From the NCBI GenBank assembly GCA_964423815.1, contig CAYRGW010000002.1, positions 4,590-68,589 on the forward strand: a stretch of DNA of 64,000 bases, given 5' to 3'. The notes under the pieces were generated by a model. That model had not been told where the DNA came from and did no database searches. It saw nothing but the letters and a program-made list of their open reading frames with translations. How positions within the stretch are numbered: position 1 is the stretch's first letter; the number at the start of each line of letters is the position of its first letter. This stretch comes from an uncultured Solibacteraceae bacterium. Its GTDB lineage: Bacteria; Acidobacteriota; Vicinamibacteria; Vicinamibacterales; SCN-69-37. The translations under genes were made by a program, and so were the position numbers. Below, piece after piece: positions 8,339 through 17,827 of this stretch.

Positions 8339-10069
8339 TCAGAAACCGCTCTGGCGTTCCTCGCACGCCGTCCCGGCACCCGCGAGATAGATTTCAGGCC
8401 ACGGTTTCCCCTCCAGCACAAAACGCAGTTTCGCCTCGAACAAGGTGTGGCGGGAGACGATGCAGGTGGGAACGTTGGCGGGAGCGACGCGCATCTGGAA
8501 TTCGGCGAACTCATCCGGCTTGAGGAGCACATACATCGCCGGGACCTGCTGGCTGCGCGCGACGAGTGTGGGCATGTCGAAGATGTCTTCGATCGGGCGC
8601 TTGAGATAAAACGCCATGCTCGGCAGGACGCTGCGGTAGTGCGCGACCACGGGCGGCGGGTCGGTTGGCAACGTCCGCGCCTCAATCACCTCCACCATGG
8701 GCAACACGGGTTTGTAGGCTTCGACCGCCGGCAGGGCGACCAGCGCAAAGACGTAATTGCCCGCCACCATCGTGGCGGCAATCGCGGAGACCGCCCACCC
8801 ACTTCGGCCACGCAGCGCGAGCCCCACAATGACCAGCGCACCGATTGCGAGCATCGCGCCGAGGGCGTTTGCACCGGTGATTTGATGGACCTGCGCCTTC
8901 GCACCGAACAGCCAGACCAGGCCAACACCCAGCCCAGCCATCAGGACGGCCGTCGCCACGGACACACGACTGATCCACTTCGCGCCATGCTGCAGGCCGT
9001 GCACCAGGACACACGCGGTCAATGCGGCCAGGGCCGGCACGATCGGGAACACGTAGAGGTCCTGCTTGGACTCCGAAAAGGAGAACACACCCACGTGCCA
9101 CACGATCCACAACATCAGCAGGCGCGCGATCGGCGACTCGCGATTCCAGAGTGACATCGCGCCCCAGCCCAGTCCGCCAACAAGAAACAACGTCCACGGG
9201 AACAGGTCGCCGAGCACGACAGGAATGTAGAAAAAGATGTCGCGCTCACCCGGCTGCATCGACTCGGTGTACCGGCCGAAGTTTTCACCGAGCCAGAACG
9301 CCTGCACCGGCTCCCAGCCCTGCTGCGCATAAATGACGGCCCACCACGGGACCACAATCGCCAGCACGATGAACGTGCCCGAGATCAGCGAGAAGTGCTT
9401 CAGATCAGCAAGGCGGCGCTCGAGGATCAGCCATGTGCCGATGGTCGCCGCCGGAAACAGCAGCGCAATGGGCCCCTTGGTGAGGACGCCAAGACCAATG
9501 GCGGCGTACATCAGCCACAAGTAGCGGCGGCGATGATCCGGCTTTGTTTCGGCGAGCACAAAACACGCCAGTGCGAGCGCCATGAACATCGTCACCCACA
9601 CATCGATGAAGATGCGCCGGGAGAACATGACAAACCGTGGAGCGGTGGCGACGATGAGCGCGGCGACGAGACCGGTGGTGGTTCCGCCAAGAGAGCGGCC
9701 AAACAGCCAGGCGGCGTAGAGAATGCCGAGCGCGCCGAGGGCAATCGCGACACGTTCGACGGCGACCGACACGCCGAAGACCTGATAAAACGCGGCGACC
9801 ACCCAGTACGACAGTACCGGCTTGTTCATCCGTGGTTCGCCGTTGAACTCCGGATTGACGTAGTCGCCGGACTCCACCATGTGGCGCGGTGTGTCTACAT
9901 AAAACGCCTCGTTTGCGTCCCAGATGGTGTTGGCGCCGAGGCCGAGGAAGAGCAGCAGGACAGAGAGCGCCAACAGCCACGAGGTCCCGAGGTCCCGGGG
10001 TGCCGGGGTTCCGGAGTCCCGGGGTCCCGAAGTCCATTGCCCCATTGGCCCATTGCCCCATTGGCTCAT
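8339..10069 (-). CDS. ArnT/PMT-like GT-C membrane glycosyltransferase (GT39/GT83-like)
   Basis: Polytopic. First-loop motif NTIWDANEAFYVDTPRHMVESGDY. Start uncertain: in-frame ATGs at 10069 and 10045 both lie inside the octamer arrays, and the track ORF start at 10138 overlaps purH. Confidence 0.75.
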   Translation of the reverse strand: MSQWGNGPMGQWTSGPRDSGTPAPRDLGTSWLLALSVLLLFLGLGANTIWDANEAFYVDTPRHMVESGDYVNPEFNGEPRMNKPVLSYWVVAAFYQVFGVSVAVERVAIALGALGILYAAWLFGRSLGGTTTGLVAALIVATAPRFVMFSRRIFIDVWVTMFMALALACFVLAETKPDHRRRYLWLMYAAIGLGVLTKGPIALLFPAATIGTWLILERRLADLKHFSLISGTFIVLAIVVPWWAVIYAQQGWEPVQAFWLGENFGRYTESMQPGERDIFFYIPVVLGDLFPWTLFLVGGLGWGAMSLWNRESPIARLLMLWIVWHVGVFSFSESKQDLYVFPIVPALAALTACVLVHGLQHGAKWISRVSVATAVLMAGLGVGLVWLFGAKAQVHQITGANALGAMLAIGALVIVGLALRGRSGWAVSAIAATMVAGNYVFALVALPAVEAYKPVLPMVEVIEARTLPTDPPPVVAHYRSVLPSMAFYLKRPIEDIFDMPTLVARSQQVPAMYVLLKPDEFAEFQMRVAPANVPTCIVSRHTLFEAKLRFVLEGKPWPEIYLAGAGTACEERQSGF

Positions 10070-10071
10070 TG
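9983..10071. repeat. composite octamer tandem tract: 6.5 x GGTCCCGR (9983-10034) followed by 4.6 x CATTGSCN (10035-10071)
   Basis: Read directly. Period 8. Starts 3 nt after the purH stop on the minus strand and runs into the 5' end of the GT-C ORF. Confidence 0.9.
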
Positions 10072-10073
10072 AG

Positions 10074-11636
10074 TTAGTGACGGAAGTGCCGTCTACCCGT
10101 GAACACCATTGCGAGCCCGCGCTCGTCGGCCGCCGCAATCACCTCGTCGTCGCGCACCGAGCCGCCGGGCTGGACGATGGCGGTGGCGCCTGCGGTGGCC
10201 ACGACGTCGAGCCCATCACGGAACGGGAAAAACGCGTCGGACGCGGCGACCGATCCACGCAGGCGATCGCCGGCCTTGAGCACCGCAGTGCGCACGGCAT
10301 CCACACGGCTCATCTGCCCGGCGCCGACGGCGAGGGTGGTGTCGGCCGTGGTGAAGATGACGGTATTGGACTTCACGTGGGCACACACACGCCACGCAAA
10401 ACGCAGGGCCGTCCACTCCTCGGGCGTCGGCGCGCGACGTGTCACCACGCGGGGGCCGTCGGGACCGGGCCAGGCGGTCGCGGCCTCGATCACACGATCC
10501 CGATCCTGCACGAGCCACGACCCAAGAATCGACCGCACGTCGCGGTCACGATCCATGCCGTCAAAGGAGGCGGTGACCACACGCAGATTGGGCTTGGTCG
10601 CCAGCACCGCGCGGGTTTCTTCGTCCGCCGAGACGCCGGGCGCAATTACCGCTTCGATGAAGGTGGAGACCAGCGCGTGCGCCGTGTCCAGATCGATCGG
10701 GCGGTTCAGTCCCACGATGCCGCCAAAGGCCGAGAGGGGATCCGCCTCACGCGCGCGCACATAGGCGTCGGCCGCCGACAATCCGGTGGCCACACCACAC
10801 GGGTTCGTGTGTTTGATGACCACGGCGGCGGGTTCCGAAAACTCCATGGCGATGCGAGCGGCGGCATCCAGGTCGAGGAGGTTCGTGAACGACAACTCCT
10901 TGCCCTGATGCACCACGGCTCCGCCAAACCCATGGGGCCCGGCGGTATACCAGGACGCCGCCTGATGCGGGTTCTCGCCGTACCGGAGGTCGCGGACCTT
11001 GCTGAGGACGGGCGTCCAGCGGCTGGACGTGGTGCCGCGGGTGAAGGAGCCGTCGGCCTCGACCGTGACCTCGCCCAGGGTGGCCGCGATCATCCGGTCG
11101 TAGTCAGCGGTGTGGCCGATGGCCTTGCGGGCCAGGTCGAACCGGAGGGTCAACGGCGCGACCCGGGTTTCCACTGCCTTGATGATTTTGGGGTAGTCCG
11201 ACGGGTCCACCACCACCAGCACGTCCCGGAAGTTCTTGGCGGCGGCCCGGAGGAGGCTGGGGCCCCCGATGTCGATTTCGTCCACCAGGGCGTCAAACGG
11301 CAGGTCCGGCTTCGCGGCGGCCTGCGCAAACGGGTAGAGGTTGACCACCACGAGGTCGATGGGGGTGATGCCGTGGGCGCCAATCGCCTCCAGGTCGGCT
11401 GCCAGATGCCGTCTGGCGAGGATGCCCGCGTGGACCTTCGGGTGCAGGGTCTTGACCCGACCATCCATCATTTCCGGGAACCCCGTCACGTCGGAAATCC
11501 CGATAACGGACAACCCCGCCTCGGTCAGGGCTTTGGCGGTCCCCCCAGTGGAAACCAGCTCCCACCCCTGCGCCGCGAGGGCGGAGGCCAACGGGATCAG
11601 GCCGGACTTATCGGAGACACTCAGCAGGGCGCGCAT
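10074..11636 (-). CDS. purH: bifunctional AICAR transformylase / IMP cyclohydrolase
   Basis: 520 aa. MRALLSVSDKSGL..LVSTGGTAK..GRVKTLHPKVHAGIL..., full length. Confidence 0.97.
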   Translation of the reverse strand: MRALLSVSDKSGLIPLASALAAQGWELVSTGGTAKALTEAGLSVIGISDVTGFPEMMDGRVKTLHPKVHAGILARRHLAADLEAIGAHGITPIDLVVVNLYPFAQAAAKPDLPFDALVDEIDIGGPSLLRAAAKNFRDVLVVVDPSDYPKIIKAVETRVAPLTLRFDLARKAIGHTADYDRMIAATLGEVTVEADGSFTRGTTSSRWTPVLSKVRDLRYGENPHQAASWYTAGPHGFGGAVVHQGKELSFTNLLDLDAAARIAMEFSEPAAVVIKHTNPCGVATGLSAADAYVRAREADPLSAFGGIVGLNRPIDLDTAHALVSTFIEAVIAPGVSADEETRAVLATKPNLRVVTASFDGMDRDRDVRSILGSWLVQDRDRVIEAATAWPGPDGPRVVTRRAPTPEEWTALRFAWRVCAHVKSNTVIFTTADTTLAVGAGQMSRVDAVRTAVLKAGDRLRGSVAASDAFFPFRDGLDVVATAGATAIVQPGGSVRDDEVIAAADERGLAMVFTGRRHFRH

Positions 11637-11665
11637 GACGGTAGGACCTTTCCAGTTCTAGGTGC

Positions 11666-11694
11666 TTGACAGGGTACAACGGGCCGACTAGCAT
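11666..11694 (+). promoter_or_regulatory. putative promoter of the cold-shock gene (-35 TTGACA, 17 nt, -10 TAGCAT)
   Basis: TTGACA at 11666-11671 and TAGCAT at 11689-11694. This would give a leader of roughly 105 nt. Confidence 0.45.
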
Positions 11695-11729
11695 TGCCGA
11701 TCGACGTTGGGCGAGACCATCGTCGGCAC

Positions 11730-11758
11730 GGAGACCGCCGGTGCGGTCTCTTTTTTTT
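11730..11758 (+). terminator. intrinsic-terminator-like hairpin plus T8 inside the csp leader (possible attenuator)
   Basis: GAGACCGC-cggt-GCGGTCTC (11731-11750) followed by TTTTTTTT (11751-11758), 48 nt upstream of the csp ATG. An upstream GAGACC (11714-11719) could compete for the 3' arm. Confidence 0.5.
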
Positions 11759-11805
11759 AGAGAGACGGATTCACCGCCTCTGTTCTCGCAAGGCAGGCAA
11801 GTACG

Positions 11806-12012
11806 ATGCGTATTACGGGCAAGGTCAAGTGGTTCAACAACGCTAAAGGGTACGGCTTCATTGAACGTGAAGGGGGCAACGACGTGTTCGTGCACTTCTC
11901 CGCCATTCAGGGCGCCGGGTTCCGCACTCTCGAAGAGGGCCAGGAAGTCGAATTCGAGATTGTCGACGGGCCAAAGGGGCCGCAGGCGGGCAACGTCACC
12001 AAACCCAGCTAG
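11806..12012 (+). CDS. cspA: cold-shock protein (CspA family)
   Basis: 68 aa. [15 protein letters not shown] (RNP1) and DVFVHFSAI (RNP2). Confidence 0.95.
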   Translation: MRITGKVKWFNNAKGYGFIEREGGNDVFVHFSAIQGAGFRTLEEGQEVEFEIVDGPKGPQAGNVTKPS

Positions 12013-12024
12013 ACCACTCTCAGG

Positions 12025-12049
12025 GGGCCGGAGCCCGGTGTTCCGGCCC
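12025..12049. terminator. GC-rich hairpin between convergent genes (possible bidirectional terminator)
   Basis: GGGCCGGA-gcccggtgt-TCCGGCCC. No clear T-run on either side. Confidence 0.35.
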
Positions 12050-12065
12050 TCACCTACCTCGCCCA

Positions 12066-12479
12066 TCACTTAATCAGGCACCAGACGAGCGGCAGCCAGA
12101 GCTCCCGGGCAAATGGGAGCGGGCGGTCGTCGATCAGCACCTGACTTTCGGGCACGCCTCCGACCAGTTCATACAAATTTCTGAGCCGCAGCGGATCTTC
12201 GCTCGGGTAAAACCGCGCGCGATACCGCGTCGTGCCGCCACTGGTGAGTTCCTGAAACTCATCGGAGGCCTTCGCCAGTTCGAGCGCCTTCGCGAACCTG
12301 TCGGCCTCAAACGGGGGGAACTCCAGGGTGATGGAAAACGGCCGCGCCGGCGATCCAAACAACGCTTCGCGCAGCTCGGGATGGAGCGCCGCAAGCTCTT
12401 CGTCTGAGGGCGCTTCCGAGAGCTCGGCGTAGGGCCAGAACCGCTCGAGTGGCCGGTGTGTCGGATGGTCGGGCAACAC
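12066..12479 (-). CDS. hypothetical protein
   Basis: 137 aa ORF with a coding-like composition. No motif recognised. Confidence 0.5.
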   Translation of the reverse strand: MLPDHPTHRPLERFWPYAELSEAPSDEELAALHPELREALFGSPARPFSITLEFPPFEADRFAKALELAKASDEFQELTSGGTTRYRARFYPSEDPLRLRNLYELVGGVPESQVLIDDRPLPFARELWLPLVWCLIK

Positions 12480-12519
12480 GTCTGAATGCTATCCTGTCCC
12501 CTCTCGCGCCCGCAACAGC

Positions 12520-13905
<1,386 letters not shown>

Positions 13906-13956
13906 GACGTCGGGTGTCTTTTTCTGCATCCGTAGGGCGGCGGCTTTAGCCGCGCC
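13906..13956. repeat. composite repeat: family-A unit GACGTCGGGTGTCTTTTTC (13906-13924) plus a REP unit (13932-13956, reverse)
   Basis: Read directly. Starts at the first base after the selA stop codon. Confidence 0.85.
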
Positions 13957-13970
13957 ATTGCGTCTCAGTC

Positions 13971-14603
13971 CTACCCGATGTCGCTCAAGCCCACCAGGCG
14001 CGTGATGCGCTCGACGTAGGCTTGTGTCTCTTTGTAGGGCGGCATGCCCTGATACCGCGCCACCGTGCCGGGGCCGGCGTTGTAGCTGGCGAGCGCCAGT
14101 TCGAGGTTGCCGTCGTGTTCCTTCAGCAACGCACTGAGATACCGGGTGCCGGCCATGATGTTCTGGCGCGGGTCGAACGGATCCTTGACGCCAAGGTCCT
14201 GCGAAAGCGCCGGCATGAGCTGCATCAATCCCTGCGCGCCGGCACGGGAGACCGCCAGTGAGTCAAACGCGGACTCTGTGCGAATGATCGCCTTGATGAG
14301 CGCAATGGAGAGTCCGTATCGGCGTGACGCTTCCTTGATGTGGCCGTCAAATGCGTCCTCACCCCGCAGGTGAACCCGCGTCTTGGTGGACACCAGCCCC
14401 ACGGGGGTCTTCTGGACGTGAATCAGGGTGATCGGAGCCGGGGGCAACACCGGCAGAACCCCGGCGTGTGGGGCAAAAAATGCCGCCCCGGCCAACATCA
14501 ACGAATGCACCGCGTGCCTGGGCACCCCTTGCCGGCGGCGGCGCCGAGGTCCGTGGTGATGTGGCGCCGGATGGTGCGGAGTGGGTCTATCGCGGCGCCT
14601 CAT
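13971..14603 (-). CDS. lytic transglycosylase (SLT domain)
   Basis: RTESAFDSLAVSRAGAQGLMQLMP...ASYNAGPGTV. Start set to ATG 14603; the track ORF begins at a TTG at 14654. Confidence 0.8.
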   Translation of the reverse strand: MRRRDRPTPHHPAPHHHGPRRRRRQGVPRHAVHSLMLAGAAFFAPHAGVLPVLPPAPITLIHVQKTPVGLVSTKTRVHLRGEDAFDGHIKEASRRYGLSIALIKAIIRTESAFDSLAVSRAGAQGLMQLMPALSQDLGVKDPFDPRQNIMAGTRYLSALLKEHDGNLELALASYNAGPGTVARYQGMPPYKETQAYVERITRLVGLSDIG

Positions 14604-14664
14604 GCCCCAATTGTCCCGCCCGGGGCCGGAAAAGGCCTGTGCAGTCGGGAACAACGGCGAAAAC

Positions 14665-14746
14665 GACGTCGGGTGTCTTTTTCCGCACTACGTAGGGCGT
14701 CGGCTTTAGCCGCGCCACAGCGGCGGACCTGAAGGTCTCGCCCTAC
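14665..14746. repeat. composite repeat: family-A unit (14665-14688) plus an inverted REP pair (14692-14716 reverse, 14722-14746 forward)
   Basis: GACGTCGGGTGTCTTTTTCCGCAC, then GTAGGGCGTCGGCTTTAGCCGCGCC acagc GGCGGACCTGAAGGTCTCGCCCTAC. Confidence 0.9.
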
Positions 14747-14771
14747 GCAGAGACGCCCGTCAGGGGCAGCG

Positions 14772-16220
14772 TCAGAAGATCGAGGCGACCGAGTCGGCGG
14801 CGATCGAAATCAGTCCACCCGGCAGGATGCCGAGGTAGATGACACCGATCAGGGCAATGACGAGGCCCGCCACCGTCAGACCCGACACCGCCGGGCGATG
14901 CTCGGGGGCCGTCTCGTCGATCATGTACATCATGACGACGATGCGGAGGTAGAAAAAGACCGAGATGACCGAGGTCAACACACCGAGGAGGGCGAGGGTG
15001 TACATCCCCTCCTGGATCGCGGCGTTGAAGATGTACCACTTGCTGATGAACCCGACGGTCGGCGGGAAGCCGCCGAGCGAGAGCAGGAACACCGTCAGCA
15101 GCGCGGACAGGCCCGGGCGCTCTTTCCACATGCCGGCAAAGTCGCGGATGTCGTCGTGCGGGCGGTCCGCCGACGAGATGGCCGCCAGGACGCCGAAGGC
15201 GCCGAGGTTGGTCAGGCTGTAGGCCACCAGGTAGAACAGGATGGCCGCCTTGCCGGCGCTGCTGGCCGCCACCAGGCCGACCAGGAGGATGCCGGCGTGC
15301 GCAATGCTCGAGTAGGCCAGCATGCGCTTCACGCTTGTCTGGGCGACGCCCACGACCGTGCCAAGGATCATCGTCAACGCGGCGATCACCGAGACGATGG
15401 GAATCCACTCGAGGCGAAGCGGCTCAAGCGTGGAGAGAAACACGCGGACAAAGGCGGCCATGGCCGCGACCTTGATGCCCGTGGACATGAAGCCGGTGAC
15501 CAGCGTGGGGGCGCCCTGATACGCGTCGGGCACCCACATGTGGAACGGCACCGCGCCAATCTTGAACGCAAACCCGACCAGCAGGAGGATCATCGCCAGA
15601 ATGAGCAGGATGCTGGGTTCAAGCGACGAGGACGCCACACGCATCCCGATTTCGTCCAGTTTGGTCGTCCCGGCCACGGCATACGCCATCGCGATGCCAT
15701 AGAGGAAAAACGCGCTGGAGAACGCGCCAAGCACAAAATATTTGAACGCGGCTTCGGCACTTTCGCCGCTCGCCCGTTTGAGGCCGGTCATCACGTAGAC
15801 GCCCAGCGACATGATTTCGAGCGCGATAAAGATGACGAGCAGGTCGGTCGTCGCCGCCATCATCATCATGCCGGCGATGGCAAACAACATCAGCGTGTAG
15901 TACTCGCCCGACGGCAGGTGATCACGTTCGGCGTTGCCGACCGAGAGCAGAATCGTCAGAAGACCGATGGCCGCGATCGTGATGTTGAAGAACACGGTGA
16001 AGTTGTCCACCGAGATCACACCAAAGCCGATCCGGCTTTCGTTCCACTGGCCGGTCGACGTCGCAATCGCGCCCACCAGGCCGATCACGCCGTAGATACC
16101 GAACCACTTGGCGCCGCTGTGGTCATCCTGCTTGCGGAACGCTTCGGCCAGCATCGTCGCGCAGGCCGCCAGCGTCACCATCAGGATGGGCGCGATGGAT
16201 GAAAAGTCGTTCATGTTCAT
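14772..16220 (-). CDS. nuoN: NADH-quinone oxidoreductase subunit N
   Basis: 482 aa antiporter-like subunit. Last gene of the nuo operon. ATGA overlap with nuoM. Confidence 0.92.
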   Translation of the reverse strand: MNMNDFSSIAPILMVTLAACATMLAEAFRKQDDHSGAKWFGIYGVIGLVGAIATSTGQWNESRIGFGVISVDNFTVFFNITIAAIGLLTILLSVGNAERDHLPSGEYYTLMLFAIAGMMMMAATTDLLVIFIALEIMSLGVYVMTGLKRASGESAEAAFKYFVLGAFSSAFFLYGIAMAYAVAGTTKLDEIGMRVASSSLEPSILLILAMILLLVGFAFKIGAVPFHMWVPDAYQGAPTLVTGFMSTGIKVAAMAAFVRVFLSTLEPLRLEWIPIVSVIAALTMILGTVVGVAQTSVKRMLAYSSIAHAGILLVGLVAASSAGKAAILFYLVAYSLTNLGAFGVLAAISSADRPHDDIRDFAGMWKERPGLSALLTVFLLSLGGFPPTVGFISKWYIFNAAIQEGMYTLALLGVLTSVISVFFYLRIVVMMYMIDETAPEHRPAVSGLTVAGLVIALIGVIYLGILPGGLISIAADSVASIF

Positions 16221-17827
16221 CGCGCACCTCCCGGCGACACGACGTCGGGTGTCTTTTCTGCGCTGTCTAACACGTCGGGTGTCTTTTCGCTAACGCTCAG
16301 AGCAGAAAAGACACCCGACGTGGTTGTCGTTGTCATTTCCGCGTTCACCGGGGCCACGCCGCGGACGTATTCGACCGCACGTTTGACGGCCGGTTCCATT
16401 GGCTTCAGGAAGATGTTCGGGAAGACACCCATGATGATGCACATCGCGACAATCGGCGCGATCACGATCCACTCGCGCACACTCAGGTCGCGCAGGCCCT
16501 TGTTCTTGGGATTGGTCAGCGGGCCGTAGTTCACGCGCTGGAACATCCACAACATGTAGACGGCCGAAAGGATGACGCCTGAGGCCGCAATGGCCGTCAG
16601 CACCTTGGTCTCACTGTAGGAGCCAACAAAAATCATGAACTCGCCGACGAACCCGTTCATGCCCGGCAGCGCAATCGACGCCAGCGTAATCAGCAGGAAC
16701 ATCGCCACCAGTTTCGGCATGACCGCCTTCAGGCCGCCGTATTCGGCGATGAGTTTGGTGTGCCGGCGGTCGGACAACATGCCGACGATGAGGAACAGGC
16801 CGCCGGTGGAGACGCCGTGCGCCAGCATCTGGTAGACCGCGCCCTGGACGCCAACGACGTTCATCGCGCAGATGCCCAGCACCACAAATCCAAGGTGGCT
16901 CACCGACGAATAGGCAACCAGCTTCTTCATGTCCGGCTGCACCATCGCGACGAGCGCGCCATAAACGATACCGATGACGGCGAGGATGGCGAGGTACGGC
17001 GCAAACTGCATCGCCGCTTCCGGGAACAGCGGGAAGGCGAAGCGCAGCAGGCCGTAGGTGCCCATCTTCAGGAGCACACCGGCCAGAATGACCGAGCCGG
17101 CGGTGGGCGCCTGCACGTGGGCGTCAGGCAGCCACGTGTGGAACGGGAACACCGGCACCTTGATGGCAAACGCCAGCGCAAAGGCGAGGAAGAGCCAGGT
17201 CTGCAGGCTCGCCGGAATGTCGAGCGCGTAGAGGTCCAGCAGGTCGAAGCTGATCACACCGACCGCGGTCTGGTGGTAATACGCGACCCAGATGATGGCC
17301 AGGAGCATGAGCACCGAGCCGGCCATCGTGTAGAGCATGAACTTGATGGCAGCGTAGATGCGCTTCTCGTAGCCCCAGATGCCGATGAGGAAATACATCG
17401 GAATCAGCATCGCGTCCCAGAACAGGTAGAACAGGAACAGGTCGAGCGAGATGAACACGCCGATCATCGCCGCTTCAAGCAGCAGCATGAAGAAGGAGAA
17501 CTCCTTCACCCGCTGGTCCACCGATTCCCACGAGCACAGCAGCGCGATGGGCGTCAGGAAGGTCGTGAGGATGACCAGCCACAACGTGATGCCGTCCAGG
17601 CCCACGTGGTAGGAGATGCCGAAGTCCGGCAGCCAGGTGTACCGTTCGACAAACTGGAAGTCAGCCGACGTCGCGTCAAACCCCGTCCAGAGGAAGAGGC
17701 TGGCGATAAACGTGATGACCGAAATACCCAGCGCCACCTGGCGAACGAGGGAATCTCTTCCCTTCCCCAGCAGGAGGACAAGCACGCCTCCGATAAGCGG
17801 CATCAAGACCAGAAGAGTTAGCGCCAC
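16217..17827 (-). CDS. nuoM: NADH-quinone oxidoreductase subunit M (with a repeat-encoded C-terminal tail)
   Basis: 536 aa antiporter-like subunit. The tail ..TSGVFSALSVSEKTPDVLDSAEKTPDVVSPGGAR is translated from the family-A repeats. Confidence 0.92.
   Translation of the reverse strand: MALTLLVLMPLIGGVLVLLLGKGRDSLVRQVALGISVITFIASLFLWTGFDATSADFQFVERYTWLPDFGISYHVGLDGITLWLVILTTFLTPIALLCSWESVDQRVKEFSFFMLLLEAAMIGVFISLDLFLFYLFWDAMLIPMYFLIGIWGYEKRIYAAIKFMLYTMAGSVLMLLAIIWVAYYHQTAVGVISFDLLDLYALDIPASLQTWLFLAFALAFAIKVPVFPFHTWLPDAHVQAPTAGSVILAGVLLKMGTYGLLRFAFPLFPEAAMQFAPYLAILAVIGIVYGALVAMVQPDMKKLVAYSSVSHLGFVVLGICAMNVVGVQGAVYQMLAHGVSTGGLFLIVGMLSDRRHTKLIAEYGGLKAVMPKLVAMFLLITLASIALPGMNGFVGEFMIFVGSYSETKVLTAIAASGVILSAVYMLWMFQRVNYGPLTNPKNKGLRDLSVREWIVIAPIVAMCIIMGVFPNIFLKPMEPAVKRAVEYVRGVAPVNAEMTTTTTSGVFSALSVSEKTPDVLDSAEKTPDVVSPGGAR
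16241..16322. repeat. three family-A units (16241-16260 and 16272-16290 forward, 16302-16322 reverse) forming a 19-bp hairpin
   Basis: ACGTCGGGTGTCTTTTCGC taacgctcaga GCAGAAAAGACACCCGACGT. Lies inside the 3' end of the nuoM reading frame. Confidence 0.9.

Noticed and set aside
9983-10071. Could the short tandem repeats be a CRISPR array?
   Set aside because: The units are 8 nt and directly abut one another with no spacers. There are no cas genes, and the arrays are under 90 nt. This is not CRISPR.
9924-11669. 581-aa plus-strand ORF covering all of purH in antisense
   Set aside because: The opposite strand encodes a full-length purH with unmistakable motifs. The antisense product is Arg/Gly/His/Pro-rich low complexity, which is typical of stop-poor frames in high-GC DNA.
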